Of a stretch of DNA of 64,000 bases, positions 12,181 through 22,641 are shown in pieces. Position 1 is the stretch's first letter. Each line of letters begins with the position of its first letter. The stretch is from NCBI GenBank assembly GCA_020184695.1, contig JAANOX010000011.1:620001-684000 (forward strand), in the 5' to 3' direction. The notes under the pieces are model-generated. The model ran no database searches. It was not told the origin of the DNA and worked only from the letters and a program-made list of their open reading frames with translations. A program made the position numbers and the translations under genes. Source of the stretch: Histomonas meleagridis 2922-C6/04-290x. Lineage: Eukaryota; Protista; Parabasalia.

Positions 12181-12340
12181 TGACAGTTCTTTCACAAAAA
12201 CCGCCAAATCCAGATTTTATTTGACTGGAAATTGGCGGTTTTATTATAAACATAGAAACCGTTTAAAAGCGAAACATGAAATTTACGGAAAGAAAACTAA
12301 AATAACTCAGCTAAACGAACTTTAATTCGAGAAAAATGCT

Positions 12341-13342
12341 TTAGCATGTTTCGTAATCATCAATAAGGAGATGGATTTCATTGGAAAATTGAATATCATT
12401 AATGCAAAATGCACCACCGCCACGTGACTTTTGGGATTCTTGACGGTTGATATCTCCAATGCAAACATTTGATCCAATAACACCCCACTTTGAATGATCT
12501 TTGGATCGCTTCCATGAGATTGACCCCCAGTTCAAATTAAGAACATTGTATGCTGCAAAGAGACCACTGCAATCGCTTGGATTTGTACCAACTCCATTTG
12601 ACCATGTGTTTGCATAGATATTATCTTGATAAGAGGTAGCAAGTAAATCATGGTAAAGATCTTTGCCCCACTTTCTATGCTTGCCATATAATGTAAACTG
12701 TGTTGTTCCGGCTTTGACGGTTCTTACTAATGTCATATCATTATTGTTCCATTTTTCATTCATGAATTTCTGAAGTGTTGGCATTGAAGAATATGCATAG
12801 CTTGGTATGCTAGAAGCATATGGATATGGAAAATCAACTAACAAAATTTCCATTATCTTATCCATATCGGAATGGGATAAGGTTAAGCAAAGGAAAGATT
12901 GTCCATATGTTGTACCGCTAGCTGGGAAACTATAACCTGATGATGGTTCTGGTGGGAACTTTGGAACACTATGAAGAAGATAAATACCGTTAGAGGAATC
13001 AAACAAGAAAACACCTTTCATGTGTGCACGAGAACCAGAAACGGATTTTCCGCTTGGTGGTTGGTCGCTAATGAGTACGTAACCAATGTCAGATGACCCA
13101 CTGTACAATGAAGCTATTGAATAATATATTGGGTTGGATGTTTTGGATGAAAGGTCGGATGGTCCTTCTTGTAATGTTGTTGAGGAGTCTCTATAAAAGT
13201 ACCCAAGACCTGATTCGTGTGCGGAAACTCCATCGGATACTTTTGGTACCTTAAATGCTGCAAACCAGTTAACATTTTGATTTTTAATGTTCTTACATGA
13301 AAGCTTCGAGACTGCAGAGCAAAGCAGGAAAGAAAACAACAT
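12341..13342 (-). CDS. DNASE2: Deoxyribonuclease II family protein with signal peptide
   Basis: Motifs: VNWFAAFKVP, HMKGV, HSVPKFP, YGQSFLCL, DHSKW, CIGDINRQESQKSRGGGAFC. Confidence 0.92.
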   Translation of the reverse strand: MLFSFLLCSAVSKLSCKNIKNQNVNWFAAFKVPKVSDGVSAHESGLGYFYRDSSTTLQEGPSDLSSKTSNPIYYSIASLYSGSSDIGYVLISDQPPSGKSVSGSRAHMKGVFLFDSSNGIYLLHSVPKFPPEPSSGYSFPASGTTYGQSFLCLTLSHSDMDKIMEILLVDFPYPYASSIPSYAYSSMPTLQKFMNEKWNNNDMTLVRTVKAGTTQFTLYGKHRKWGKDLYHDLLATSYQDNIYANTWSNGVGTNPSDCSGLFAAYNVLNLNWGSISWKRSKDHSKWGVIGSNVCIGDINRQESQKSRGGGAFCINDIQFSNEIHLLIDDYETC

Positions 13343-13662
13343 TTTGCGGTTCAGGGAACATTGAAATTAAAAACTTTTTAAATAAATTTAAATTTATATT
13401 GAATTTGAAATATATTTAAGCCCAAAATTTTTGTAAAAAAATAATAATATCTTTTTAAAAACATAATATTATGATTATTTTACCAAAGATATTAATAATA
13501 TTATTCATATATTATTTAAATATTTTGAATATATTGGTTAAATACTTTAAGAATCCCAAATACACCTTGAAAACGTCACATGATTGATTTGAATGACGAT
13601 GTACATCGTTCTGATTTGAATGAGAATTACATCGTTGTAATTTCGAAAACGATCATCGGAGG

Positions 13663-15081
13663 TTGTTACACACAATTGCCACTTTTAATTACATCCTTTT
13701 AGGGGTGTCCTTGTTTGTAAACCATTTAATATTTCATCTTAGAAAATTGCACTACAAAAAGCAAGAAAAGAAAAAAAAACAAACTCAAATCGGTTCTGAG
13801 GATAAAGCAGATGATAGTGATTTATGTACTTCTATTCTTGGTGAATTAAATGATATATTTGATAGATTACGTTATTGTTTTTTGAATAATTTGTACGAAG
13901 AATGTTCAATTTTATTTTCTAAGTCATCAGAAGTAATCCACAATAATGCGACTTTCATTCAATATTATAAAGTTGAAACAGACACGCTGTTACAAACTTT
14001 CAGTCAACATCAAATTGATTTAATTATATCCATAATTATAAAGAATGAATTTGATGAAAACCTTATTCGCAGCTTTGTGCCTTTTCTTTATCATGTAACA
14101 CAAATTAGCCCCAGTATTTTATCAAATTTTTCTGTCATTCCATTTCTTGTTCAATGTTATCACAATTCAATTTCAATGGAAATGGTCATTGACACCATAA
14201 CATCACTTATTCCGTTCCAAGAAAAATTTGATCCTGGCTATCATAATCTATTTGAATCTTCAAAACAATTATTTACCAATCAAGACTTAATTTCACTTTA
14301 TTTTGCACTTTCTTCTTATTCAGAATCAGCCAATATTTATTATGAACAAATGCTCGACATATTAAATTTTGATAATCTTGATCTTCATTCTATTCTTAAA
14401 TTAATTAAATTATTTACTATAATAATTGAAAATAATTCCGAACTTATCCAAAAAATCATTGAAAGGGATTTAATTCGAAATATTTTCAGCTCATTTAATT
14501 TCCATTCTAAATATATAAATGATTCAGTTTTACGCTTTGAATTTGCTTTAGTAAAACATTTTCCTGATTTTGAAATTGACATTGATAATACATTAAGAAT
14601 TTTAATGGAATATTTTAATTCCGAAAATATTTTGGAATCGACATTTTCGATGGAATTTTTATGTGTTTTAATTCCGAAATATTTAGATTTGATTAGAGAT
14701 TTATTCGATCTTGATATTATTTGTGTTGTTCTTTATGAGGGAATGGAAAATGGCGACTTCCATATGAAAAAGGCTTCTTTAGAGTTGTTAAAAAAATTGC
14801 TCGAAATGAATGACGACGAATTGAATAAATACATTTTTGATTATGATTTGTTCAAATTCGGAATCGAATATTTGGAAAGTGATAAAGAAATGGCTTGCGA
14901 ATATATGAATATAATAGTTATGTTGAACGAAATAAGCCAAAAAAATAATAAAAAAGAAATGTTAGATGAAAAATTGTTTTCAAGCTATTTCATTAAATAT
15001 ATTGATGAATTAGACCTTTCAAAGATTGATGACGATCTAGCAGAAGTTATTATGCTGTTTAAGAACCAAATTTCACAATAA
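13663..15081 (+). CDS. Hypothetical ARM/HEAT-like helical protein; start uncertain
   Basis: Long ORF with Leu/Ile-rich helical repeats. No ATG near the apparent N-terminus; TTG-CAC-TAC-AAA (LHYK) at about 13748 follows an Inr-like TCAT. Confidence 0.6.
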   Translation: MLHTIATFNYILLGVSLFVNHLIFHLRKLHYKKQEKKKKQTQIGSEDKADDSDLCTSILGELNDIFDRLRYCFLNNLYEECSILFSKSSEVIHNNATFIQYYKVETDTLLQTFSQHQIDLIISIIIKNEFDENLIRSFVPFLYHVTQISPSILSNFSVIPFLVQCYHNSISMEMVIDTITSLIPFQEKFDPGYHNLFESSKQLFTNQDLISLYFALSSYSESANIYYEQMLDILNFDNLDLHSILKLIKLFTIIIENNSELIQKIIERDLIRNIFSSFNFHSKYINDSVLRFEFALVKHFPDFEIDIDNTLRILMEYFNSENILESTFSMEFLCVLIPKYLDLIRDLFDLDIICVVLYEGMENGDFHMKKASLELLKKLLEMNDDELNKYIFDYDLFKFGIEYLESDKEMACEYMNIIVMLNEISQKNNKKEMLDEKLFSSYFIKYIDELDLSKIDDDLAEVIMLFKNQISQ

Positions 15082-15441
15082 ATATTAACAAAAATATTGT
15101 AAATTATAATAAACATTTATTATGAAATATGTTTTTCATATGAATTCAAATCCTTTTGGAATAATAAATTTCTTCTAACACAGATAATAATTTATAAATT
15201 TAAGGAAATTTTTCGGATTTCTCAAATTTTTTTACCACGTAGATCTTATTTAGATATCAGATATTATATTGTGATTTATTTTTCAGAAGTAATTTCGCAA
15301 ATATTTATTTATTATATGCATACCTGTATATAAAATATTTTAATAAATTTAAATCTCTTCTAAAAGATGGATTCATAAGGAATTAATATTCACAAAATCA
15401 TAAAAAAGTCTAAAAAAATTAATTTTCTGTAATATTGCAAT

Positions 15442-15903
15442 ATTGGAACCACCAACGCACCATGGAATTTAGATGCGAATCTAATCAAGCCATTTTCCAA
15501 GAAAATATTCTTTTCTTTGCCAAATGAAAATATTCATCTCCAAATTCTTCAAAAATACCTTAGCAAGGACAACATAATACTTTCGAATCACGAACTTGAA
15601 GAAATCTCGAAAAATACCGAATTTATTTTCATTTTCAGATTTATTGTTTTTAATCAAATCTATTTAAATGATACCTGTTTCTCGTGTTCAAGAAGCGAAG
15701 TATTTCAAAAAAGTTGTCGGAAATAAGTGGAAATTTGCAATCAAGATGAAGAAGGATCAGTCGAAATGACATTTGACAAGCTAAGTCTTGAGTCCATTGT
15801 AATGCCCAAAGTTGGAATTTCTGATGTGAAGAGCACACTGGATAAAGTCCACGCCTCTTTGAATGAAGATGAGGCAAAAAGATTCGAACAATGGCTCAAA
15901 TGA
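15442..15903 (+). pseudogene. VPS4: Vps4-like AAA ATPase C-terminal remnant
   Basis: Across frames it reads GTTNAPWNLDANLIKPFSKKIFFSLPN…MIPVSRVQEAKYFKKV…GSVEMTFDKL…PKVGISDVKSTLDKVHASLNEDEAKRFEQW*, i.e. the AAA small domain plus Vps4_C pattern. It has frameshifts and a stop; the N-terminal half is missing. Confidence 0.7.
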
Positions 15904-16364
15904 AACAAATAAATTTTTACTTAGAAATTCTTTTTGTATTGCATCATCAGCACAAACAGATTTATTGAGTTAAACACAACATAAAATGCAATCGATTGCA
16001 TCAAAAACAAGTATCCACGAAGTACAACAGTACTTAAAGTTGTTTTGAAGAATTTAACGATCAAGCAAAATGAAGACATTGATAATTTTTATATGAAATT
16101 AGATGAAAGATTTTTTTTTAATAAATTTGTATAATTCTATAATTATAATATTATAATATTTTTATATAACTTATTGTATTGATAATCATTTAAAACATGA
16201 ACTATTATTAATTCCACATCCACACAGCTCTGAAATGACCAAAAAGCGCTGAATTCACAAACAATTCATATGCCGATCAAATTACACATCGTATGAGTAA
16301 AGCTCACAATCGAGCAGCCAACCGTAAAATGTAAAAACATAATAATTATTCAGTTGTGTTTTGT

Positions 16365-18503
16365 TTAGTCGACATCATTAAACTTATCAACATCAGCAGC
16401 ATCGGCTGATTCGCCATCGTCCTTCTTTTCGGCTTCTGGTTCAACAATTGGTGGTAATTCTTCGAGTTGGTCAGCTACGTCGAGTGCGACTGCGACCATT
16501 CTATTGATTCTTGCGCTGAATCCTGCTGGGTTAGCGAGCGTGAAGCCAGACGACAAGAGCGCTGTGTCCCAAAGCATTGACAGCATGTCCTTGACCTTTT
16601 CTTCTGATTCGTTCTCCAATTGGTTTGCCAACTTCACAATGACTGGGTGCTTTGCGTTGATTTCCAATGTCTTCTTCGGTGTCATGTACGACGACATTGT
16701 GTTATCTCTGAGCGCTTGTGCGTTCATAAGCCTTTGGAAGTTTGCTGTCCATCCGAACTCGCCGGTAACGATTACGCATGGTGTGACGACGAGGCGCTTT
16801 GACACGACGACTTTCTCGCAGTCGGAGCCGATGATCTCCTTAATCTTTGTGCATGTTGGCTCGAACTTCTTCTTCAACTCTTCGAATTCGGCCTTTTCTT
16901 CTTCTGTTTCATCGATTTCGCAGTTTTCCTTTGTGATGCAAATCAACTTATGGTCGGAGTATTCACGTAATTGTTGGAAGCAATACTCATCGATTGGGTC
17001 AGTTAAGAATAACACTTCAATTCCCTTATGTCTGAAGTACTCAAGCATTGGCGAGTTCATGACTGCTTCTTTGGATTCGCCGGAGATCCAATAGATGCCC
17101 TTTTGGTTCTCTTTCATTCTTTCGATGTATTCGTCGAATGATGTGAGTTCTTCTGGTGATTGTGTTGAGTTGAAGCGTAATAACTTGGCAAGCTTGGCGC
17201 GGTTTTGTGAGTCTTCGTGAATGCCGAGTTTGATGTTCTTGGAGAATTGCTCGTAGAAGATCTTGAAGTCTTCTTTGTTCTCTGCGATTTGGTTGAATAA
17301 TTCGATTGCACGCTTTACAATGTTCTTCTTGATGAGCTTGATGATACGGTTCTGTTGGAGTGTTTCACGTGAAATGTTAAGTGGTAAGTCATCAGAATCA
17401 ACAATACCTTTGAGGAAGTTAAGGTACTCTGGAATGAGGTCTTCGCAGTTGTCCATAACAAAGACACGACGGACATATAATTTGATGTTGTTGAGCTTCT
17501 TCTTTGGCTCAAATAAGTCATATGGTGCACGACGTGGAACAAATAAGAGAACTGTGAAGTTAACGTCACCTTCTGTCTTGAAGTGTTTGACTGCAAGATG
17601 CTTCTCCCAGTCATTGGAAATGGATTTGTAGAATTCGGCATACTCATCATCGGTGATTTCAGATGGGTTACGAAGCCAAAGTGGTTTGTTCTTGTTGACA
17701 ACTTCCCATTCGTGTTCGACTGTGGTGATCTTCTTCTTCTTTTTCTCGGATTTCTTGCTTTCATCTTCAACTTCTTCGATCTTATCTTCATCTTTCTTTT
17801 CACCTTCTTCTTCAACCTTCTTTTCGCCTTCGTCATCATCGTCAGTGACTTCTTCTTCCTTTGTCTTCTCAACATAGAGATAAATTGGATATCCGATAAA
17901 TTCGGAATGCTTCTTGATAAGGTCCTTAAGACGCTTTTCTTCAAGGAATTCGGTCATATCTTCCTTAAGATAAAGATCAATACGTGTACCACGGATGAGA
18001 TCTTCACCAGTTGTATCACGTCTGATTGTGAAGTTTTGGCCTGCTTCTGATTCCCAAATGTATTGGTCATCATCTGTGTGGTGTGATGTAACAACAACAC
18101 GATCTGCAACAAGGAAGGCGGAGAAGAAACCGACACCGAATTGACCGATGAGGGAAAGATCAGCACCTTCTTCAATGGCTTGCATGAATTGACGTGTACC
18201 AGAGCGTGCGATTGTACCAAGGTTGTTGATTAAGTGTGATTTGGTCATACCAACACCAGAATCAATGATTGAAAGAACACGGTTTTCTTTGTCTGGGAGA
18301 ATCTTGATGAAAAGTTCCTTTTGGTTACCAAGGCGTTCTGGGTTCTTGAGGGATTCATAACGGATCTTGTCGCAAGCATCGGATGCGTTAGAAATCAATT
18401 CACGTAAAAAGATTTCTTTGTTTGTGTAGAATGCATTGATGATAAGGCTCATCAATTGGTTGATTTCAGCTTGAAACTCAAAGCTTTCAACTTGTTCACT
18501 CAT
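16365..18503 (-). CDS. HSP90: Cytosolic heat shock protein 90
   Basis: [44 protein letters not shown], charged linker, NISRETLQQ; strongly biased, higher-GC codon usage. Confidence 0.98.
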   Translation of the reverse strand: MSEQVESFEFQAEINQLMSLIINAFYTNKEIFLRELISNASDACDKIRYESLKNPERLGNQKELFIKILPDKENRVLSIIDSGVGMTKSHLINNLGTIARSGTRQFMQAIEEGADLSLIGQFGVGFFSAFLVADRVVVTSHHTDDDQYIWESEAGQNFTIRRDTTGEDLIRGTRIDLYLKEDMTEFLEEKRLKDLIKKHSEFIGYPIYLYVEKTKEEEVTDDDDEGEKKVEEEGEKKDEDKIEEVEDESKKSEKKKKKITTVEHEWEVVNKNKPLWLRNPSEITDDEYAEFYKSISNDWEKHLAVKHFKTEGDVNFTVLLFVPRRAPYDLFEPKKKLNNIKLYVRRVFVMDNCEDLIPEYLNFLKGIVDSDDLPLNISRETLQQNRIIKLIKKNIVKRAIELFNQIAENKEDFKIFYEQFSKNIKLGIHEDSQNRAKLAKLLRFNSTQSPEELTSFDEYIERMKENQKGIYWISGESKEAVMNSPMLEYFRHKGIEVLFLTDPIDEYCFQQLREYSDHKLICITKENCEIDETEEEKAEFEELKKKFEPTCTKIKEIIGSDCEKVVVSKRLVVTPCVIVTGEFGWTANFQRLMNAQALRDNTMSSYMTPKKTLEINAKHPVIVKLANQLENESEEKVKDMLSMLWDTALLSSGFTLANPAGFSARINRMVAVALDVADQLEELPPIVEPEAEKKDDGESADAADVDKFNDVD

Positions 18504-18508
18504 GAAAT

Positions 18509-18524
18509 AAAGTGAAAACGGTTT
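18509..18524 (-). promoter_or_regulatory. Hsp90 core promoter: Inr-like TCACTTT (18509-18515) plus M3-like Myb element (AACGGTTT on + strand, 18517-18524)
   Basis: Matches the trichomonad initiator (TCA+1 Y-rich) and the M3 consensus RRCGGTT[T/G], directly upstream of the ATG. Confidence 0.55.
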
Positions 18525-18884
18525 ACTCGGCCACTTTAACCCTCTGAAATAAGGTGTCCGGCCATTTATGGAATTGTAAACGAACTGTGGAGTGCCCCAA
18601 TAATTCCTAGGATAATTTTTTCATGTTTAACTAATAATAATTTGTCTTGATGAATTTTATAATGATATATAAATATGAAGAGTTGTTTTTATAATTGAAT
18701 GAGGCAAATCATTTCAATTATAAAATCTAAATGATTATCAATTTATAAATTCTTATGAAGACAAGAATAAATGATTCTTCAACACGAAATATTAAGGTGA
18801 ATATGTTTATTGCAATTATTATTATTTTTTTTTTTTTGATTTTGAATTGGTAAAATTTTTGTACGTTTAAAAATTCTCCAAATA

Positions 18885-20699
18885 ATGGAGAAGAATTTGC
18901 AAACAAAATCCAATATTCAGAAATCTCTTTTTTCTACAATAAGTGAATTATCTGATGTTAGTGAAAAGGATTCAATAATTGATGAATTACAAAGCAAAAT
19001 CGGTGAATTATTAAAAATTAATCAAGAACTTTATACTACAAAAAACCAAGTTGAACAACTAAACGAAAAATTAGCTGAACAAGCTGAGCATTTTGATAAT
19101 GAGAAACAAAAGATGGAAAAACAAATTAAAGATTATGAATATCAAATCCAAAAATACGAAGAAAACATAAAAACACTAAATAAAAATCTTCAAGAAGCTC
19201 ATGATGCTAATGAAAAATTAGTAAGTGAAATGAAGGAGATGGAAGAAAGCTTAAAACAAGCCAACGAATCAAATTTAAACACTTTCAATGAAAAATTTGA
19301 AAAGCAAAAAATCTATTTCCAAAAATCAATTGATACAATCCAAGAACAAAACAATACTTTAAAGGAAGAATTATTGAAATCCAACAAAGAAATAAAAGCA
19401 CACATACAAGAAAAAAATGATCTTGTTCAGCAAAATCAAAAAAATTTAAAATACATTGAGCAATGCAAGGCAAATAATGCAAAATTTAAAAATATTATAC
19501 AAGCAATACAAAAAGATCTTAAAACACAAATTGAAGAGAATCATAAATTAGAGCTATTAAATATCCAATCTGAAGATAAAATTGAAATTTATAAAGATAA
19601 TGAAATGAGACTAAAGAAAATAATTGATGAAAAAAATCAAAAATTATTTGAAGCAAATGAAGAAATCAAAACAATTCTTTCGATTAACAAAGGACTTGAT
19701 ACAATTCCAAAGGTAGTTGATTACTTTCAACAATTAAAAGTAAAAAATAATCAACTTAAAAATAATTATAATCAAATAAATTATGCATTTAGAGAATACT
19801 TTGAGAAAACCAAACATTACAAATCATTTATGAAACAATTAAAAGAAAAGATATTAGAATCAAATTCATATAATTCTAAGTTAAAACAAGAAATCGAAAA
19901 ACAAAAAGAGCAAATTGAAAAGAATGAAATGCGGATGAAAATAATTCCCATTTATGAAAATGTTATATCTTTTCTCCATAATAAAATCAAATCAATTTCT
20001 TCTGTTGCAATTAATGTTGATTCACATATGATTAAACCTATAATTACTATGGTAATCATTATAAATAGATGGAAAAAACTTAGTGGTACAAATGTTGAAT
20101 ACGAAAATGACTGTAGAAATTGGTGGTGGGTTACAAATAGTTTTAATAATGTTGAAGAAAATGTTAAAAAAGTTTTTACTAAATTATCAAATAATTTAGA
20201 AAAAGTTATAGAATCAAATAAACTTCTTCAAGAGAAAATAATAGAAAATGAAAATGAACTAAAAATATCAAAAAAGAATTTTGAAAATGCAGAAGAACAA
20301 AATAAAGAAAAAGATAATAAAATTTCAAATTTGGAATATGCAATAAATGAATTAAATCAGAAACTTGAAAAATCTGTTCCAAAAGAAATACAGAAGAATT
20401 TAAAGCAAAAAAATCATGAAGTAAAAACCAAACTTGTTGAAGCTCAAGAACAAATAGAATTAAAAGAAGATGAAATTAAAGCATTAAATCATAAAATTAA
20501 GAAAACAAATATAGAGTTAGAAGATAAAGAAACAAATAATAAACATTTGCAAGCAGCTTTGAATAAAGCAAAGAAAGAAATTATGGAATTGAAAGGACAA
20601 ATAACTACGCTTACATATGGAAACCAAACAAAAATAAAAGAAATTCTTGCTTTGGAAAGAATTGTTCAGAGAAAAAACATCCAAAACTATGTACTTTGA
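18885..20699 (+). CDS. Hypothetical long coiled-coil protein (604 aa)
   Basis: Intact K/E/N/Q-rich ORF. Confidence 0.8.
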   Translation: MEKNLQTKSNIQKSLFSTISELSDVSEKDSIIDELQSKIGELLKINQELYTTKNQVEQLNEKLAEQAEHFDNEKQKMEKQIKDYEYQIQKYEENIKTLNKNLQEAHDANEKLVSEMKEMEESLKQANESNLNTFNEKFEKQKIYFQKSIDTIQEQNNTLKEELLKSNKEIKAHIQEKNDLVQQNQKNLKYIEQCKANNAKFKNIIQAIQKDLKTQIEENHKLELLNIQSEDKIEIYKDNEMRLKKIIDEKNQKLFEANEEIKTILSINKGLDTIPKVVDYFQQLKVKNNQLKNNYNQINYAFREYFEKTKHYKSFMKQLKEKILESNSYNSKLKQEIEKQKEQIEKNEMRMKIIPIYENVISFLHNKIKSISSVAINVDSHMIKPIITMVIIINRWKKLSGTNVEYENDCRNWWWVTNSFNNVEENVKKVFTKLSNNLEKVIESNKLLQEKIIENENELKISKKNFENAEEQNKEKDNKISNLEYAINELNQKLEKSVPKEIQKNLKQKNHEVKTKLVEAQEQIELKEDEIKALNHKIKKTNIELEDKETNNKHLQAALNKAKKEIMELKGQITTLTYGNQTKIKEILALERIVQRKNIQNYVL

Positions 20700-21119
20700 T
20701 AATTATTAATAAATAAAATGTTAATTTGTTATAATAAAATATTTACCATTGTATAATTTATGTGGTGTCTTAATCACAAAGTTTAAATAGTTAAAAAAAA
20801 TGAAAAAATGTTACTACCAAAATATGAAACACTTGGACATCATTTTAATTTGTTACCAAAAGCTAATGTCATCTGAATCAGCTCGAGAAATTGAAGAATA
20901 TTTTAACGAACCGATGTTTTTGAGATTTTCATTGTTGTTGATATTTCGTTAAAAATTTAAATTAAAAGTCTTTCTATTTCCTGAATTAACTTCTAAAATA
21001 ATTTAAATATCGGCTCGTCAAGAAAAAGAACTTTTTTTCTAATGCTTCGTTCGAACGATACACACAACGTTTGGGGTGGGCCATAACGGATTTAAACGGC
21101 TTCGGGATGCCCTGATTCA

Positions 21120-22052
21120 ATGGAGAACACAGAAGAACTAGAGGAACCACTCTGCAATCATTCTTTGGAAAATAACACCGAAATTGAAGTTCCTGAAGAA
21201 ACAAGGTGGAAAAAATGTACTAGCATTTGCGGTTTACCTGTTTTATTAGTAATGCCTCAAGATCGAGTTTTTATAGAGCATTGGGAAGTTTCTATTGTTT
21301 TTCCCTTACTAGAAATATTCTTTATTCTCGTGTGTACAGCGATGTTTTTTGTCAACGTATTTATTCAGAAAGCACCAATTGGTGTAAAAATAATTGCTGT
21401 TATCATAATTTTATTTTTCTTTGCTCTTTTTTTATGGTCCCTTGGTGCAGCAATGTTTATGGATCCAGGTTTTCTTCCGTATGACTGGGTCAAGACCAAA
21501 AAGTTCAAATATTCGTATGAAGAACAACTTTCTGGTCTTGCTATCCGAGAAGATCAATTCCGATTTGCTGAGACTCACAAGCCTCCGTTTGCATCTTTTT
21601 CACATCGATCAGGTCGTTATGTGATTCGTGCTGATCATATTTGTGTTTGGGTTTCCAATTGGATCGGTAAAAGGAACCACAAGCAATTCACGCTTATGTT
21701 AATATATGGTGTTTTGTATTGTCTTGCTCTGATTTTGTGGGGAGTTTATTTGTTTCCATCAATCAAAACCCAAACGACACTTTTCCTATTCACCCTTGTC
21801 GCGATGATGTTTGAGCTATCGTTTGGCTCAGGAATGCTCATAATGCTTGCAAGCAATCTCTATAATTTGCGAATGGGTAAAACACAATTACAGAGATGGA
21901 AAAACCAAAACCTTACGAACAAAGGATGTTGTGAAAACTTAAAAGAAATTTGTGGTGATGGACCAAGGTTTGCTTGGGCAATACCAACGCCTGCATTCGG
22001 CGATGATTTAAGAATCTCATATAATGATGATGATGAAAATACTCTTGAATAA
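21120..22052 (+). CDS. DHHC-family palmitoyltransferase-like protein (DHIC variant)
   Basis: Four TM segments, MDPG motif, RADHICVWVSNWIGKRNHKQF, and a KTQ (TTxE-like) motif. Confidence 0.85.
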   Translation: MENTEELEEPLCNHSLENNTEIEVPEETRWKKCTSICGLPVLLVMPQDRVFIEHWEVSIVFPLLEIFFILVCTAMFFVNVFIQKAPIGVKIIAVIIILFFFALFLWSLGAAMFMDPGFLPYDWVKTKKFKYSYEEQLSGLAIREDQFRFAETHKPPFASFSHRSGRYVIRADHICVWVSNWIGKRNHKQFTLMLIYGVLYCLALILWGVYLFPSIKTQTTLFLFTLVAMMFELSFGSGMLIMLASNLYNLRMGKTQLQRWKNQNLTNKGCCENLKEICGDGPRFAWAIPTPAFGDDLRISYNDDDENTLE

Positions 22053-22641
22053 ATGTTTGTGTGATTAAAGAAATAGTGAATTTTTTGTTTAAAAAAATAT
22101 ATTTAATTAGAGTTTAATCATTAAACTGTTCAGGAATGTTTCATGAAACTGTTCAGGAAAATTATCGTTTGGATAATTTTGGAACATGTTATTAATTCAT
22201 TCTGACAGAGATAGTTCGAGAAGATTAAAATGATAAGTTACCTATTAACATCTAAAATATATTACCATAAGAAAAGTAATTATGATATAATCAAAATCTC
22301 AAAATCTGTGTTTGAGATTCTTATGCCAAAATGTTGCAGAACATTTTACATATAATTCAAATAGAATTTTGACTTTATCAATTTTTCTATGAGTTTCAGA
22401 GCACGAAATCCTCCAGATAAAAGCATATTGAATTAAAATAGCGACATTAGAAACGAAAAATTCTAAAAATTTTTTTCATTTGACGAAGTATATATTATGA
22501 AACAAATCGCAACATGTATCGGCCTCGTTCTATTATATTTCATTTTATTATATTGAATAGGTACAGCTAAAAATACAGCAATAAATAATTTTCCCTAATT
22601 TATTTCGATTATTACAACTTTTTCAATACTACGATAGCCAA

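Noticed and set aside
16200-16340. GC-richer stretch downstream of Hsp90 as a possible ncRNA
   Set aside because: No C/D or H/ACA boxes or convincing long stems were found.
16504-18220. Multiple alternative-frame and antisense ORFs overlapping Hsp90 (and similar ones over other genes)
   Set aside because: Expected shadow ORFs of codon-biased genes; no recognisable motifs.
22123-22159. 14-bp direct repeat AAACTGTTCAGGAA (22123-22136, 22146-22159)
   Set aside because: Only two copies with no associated element; likely a small local duplication.
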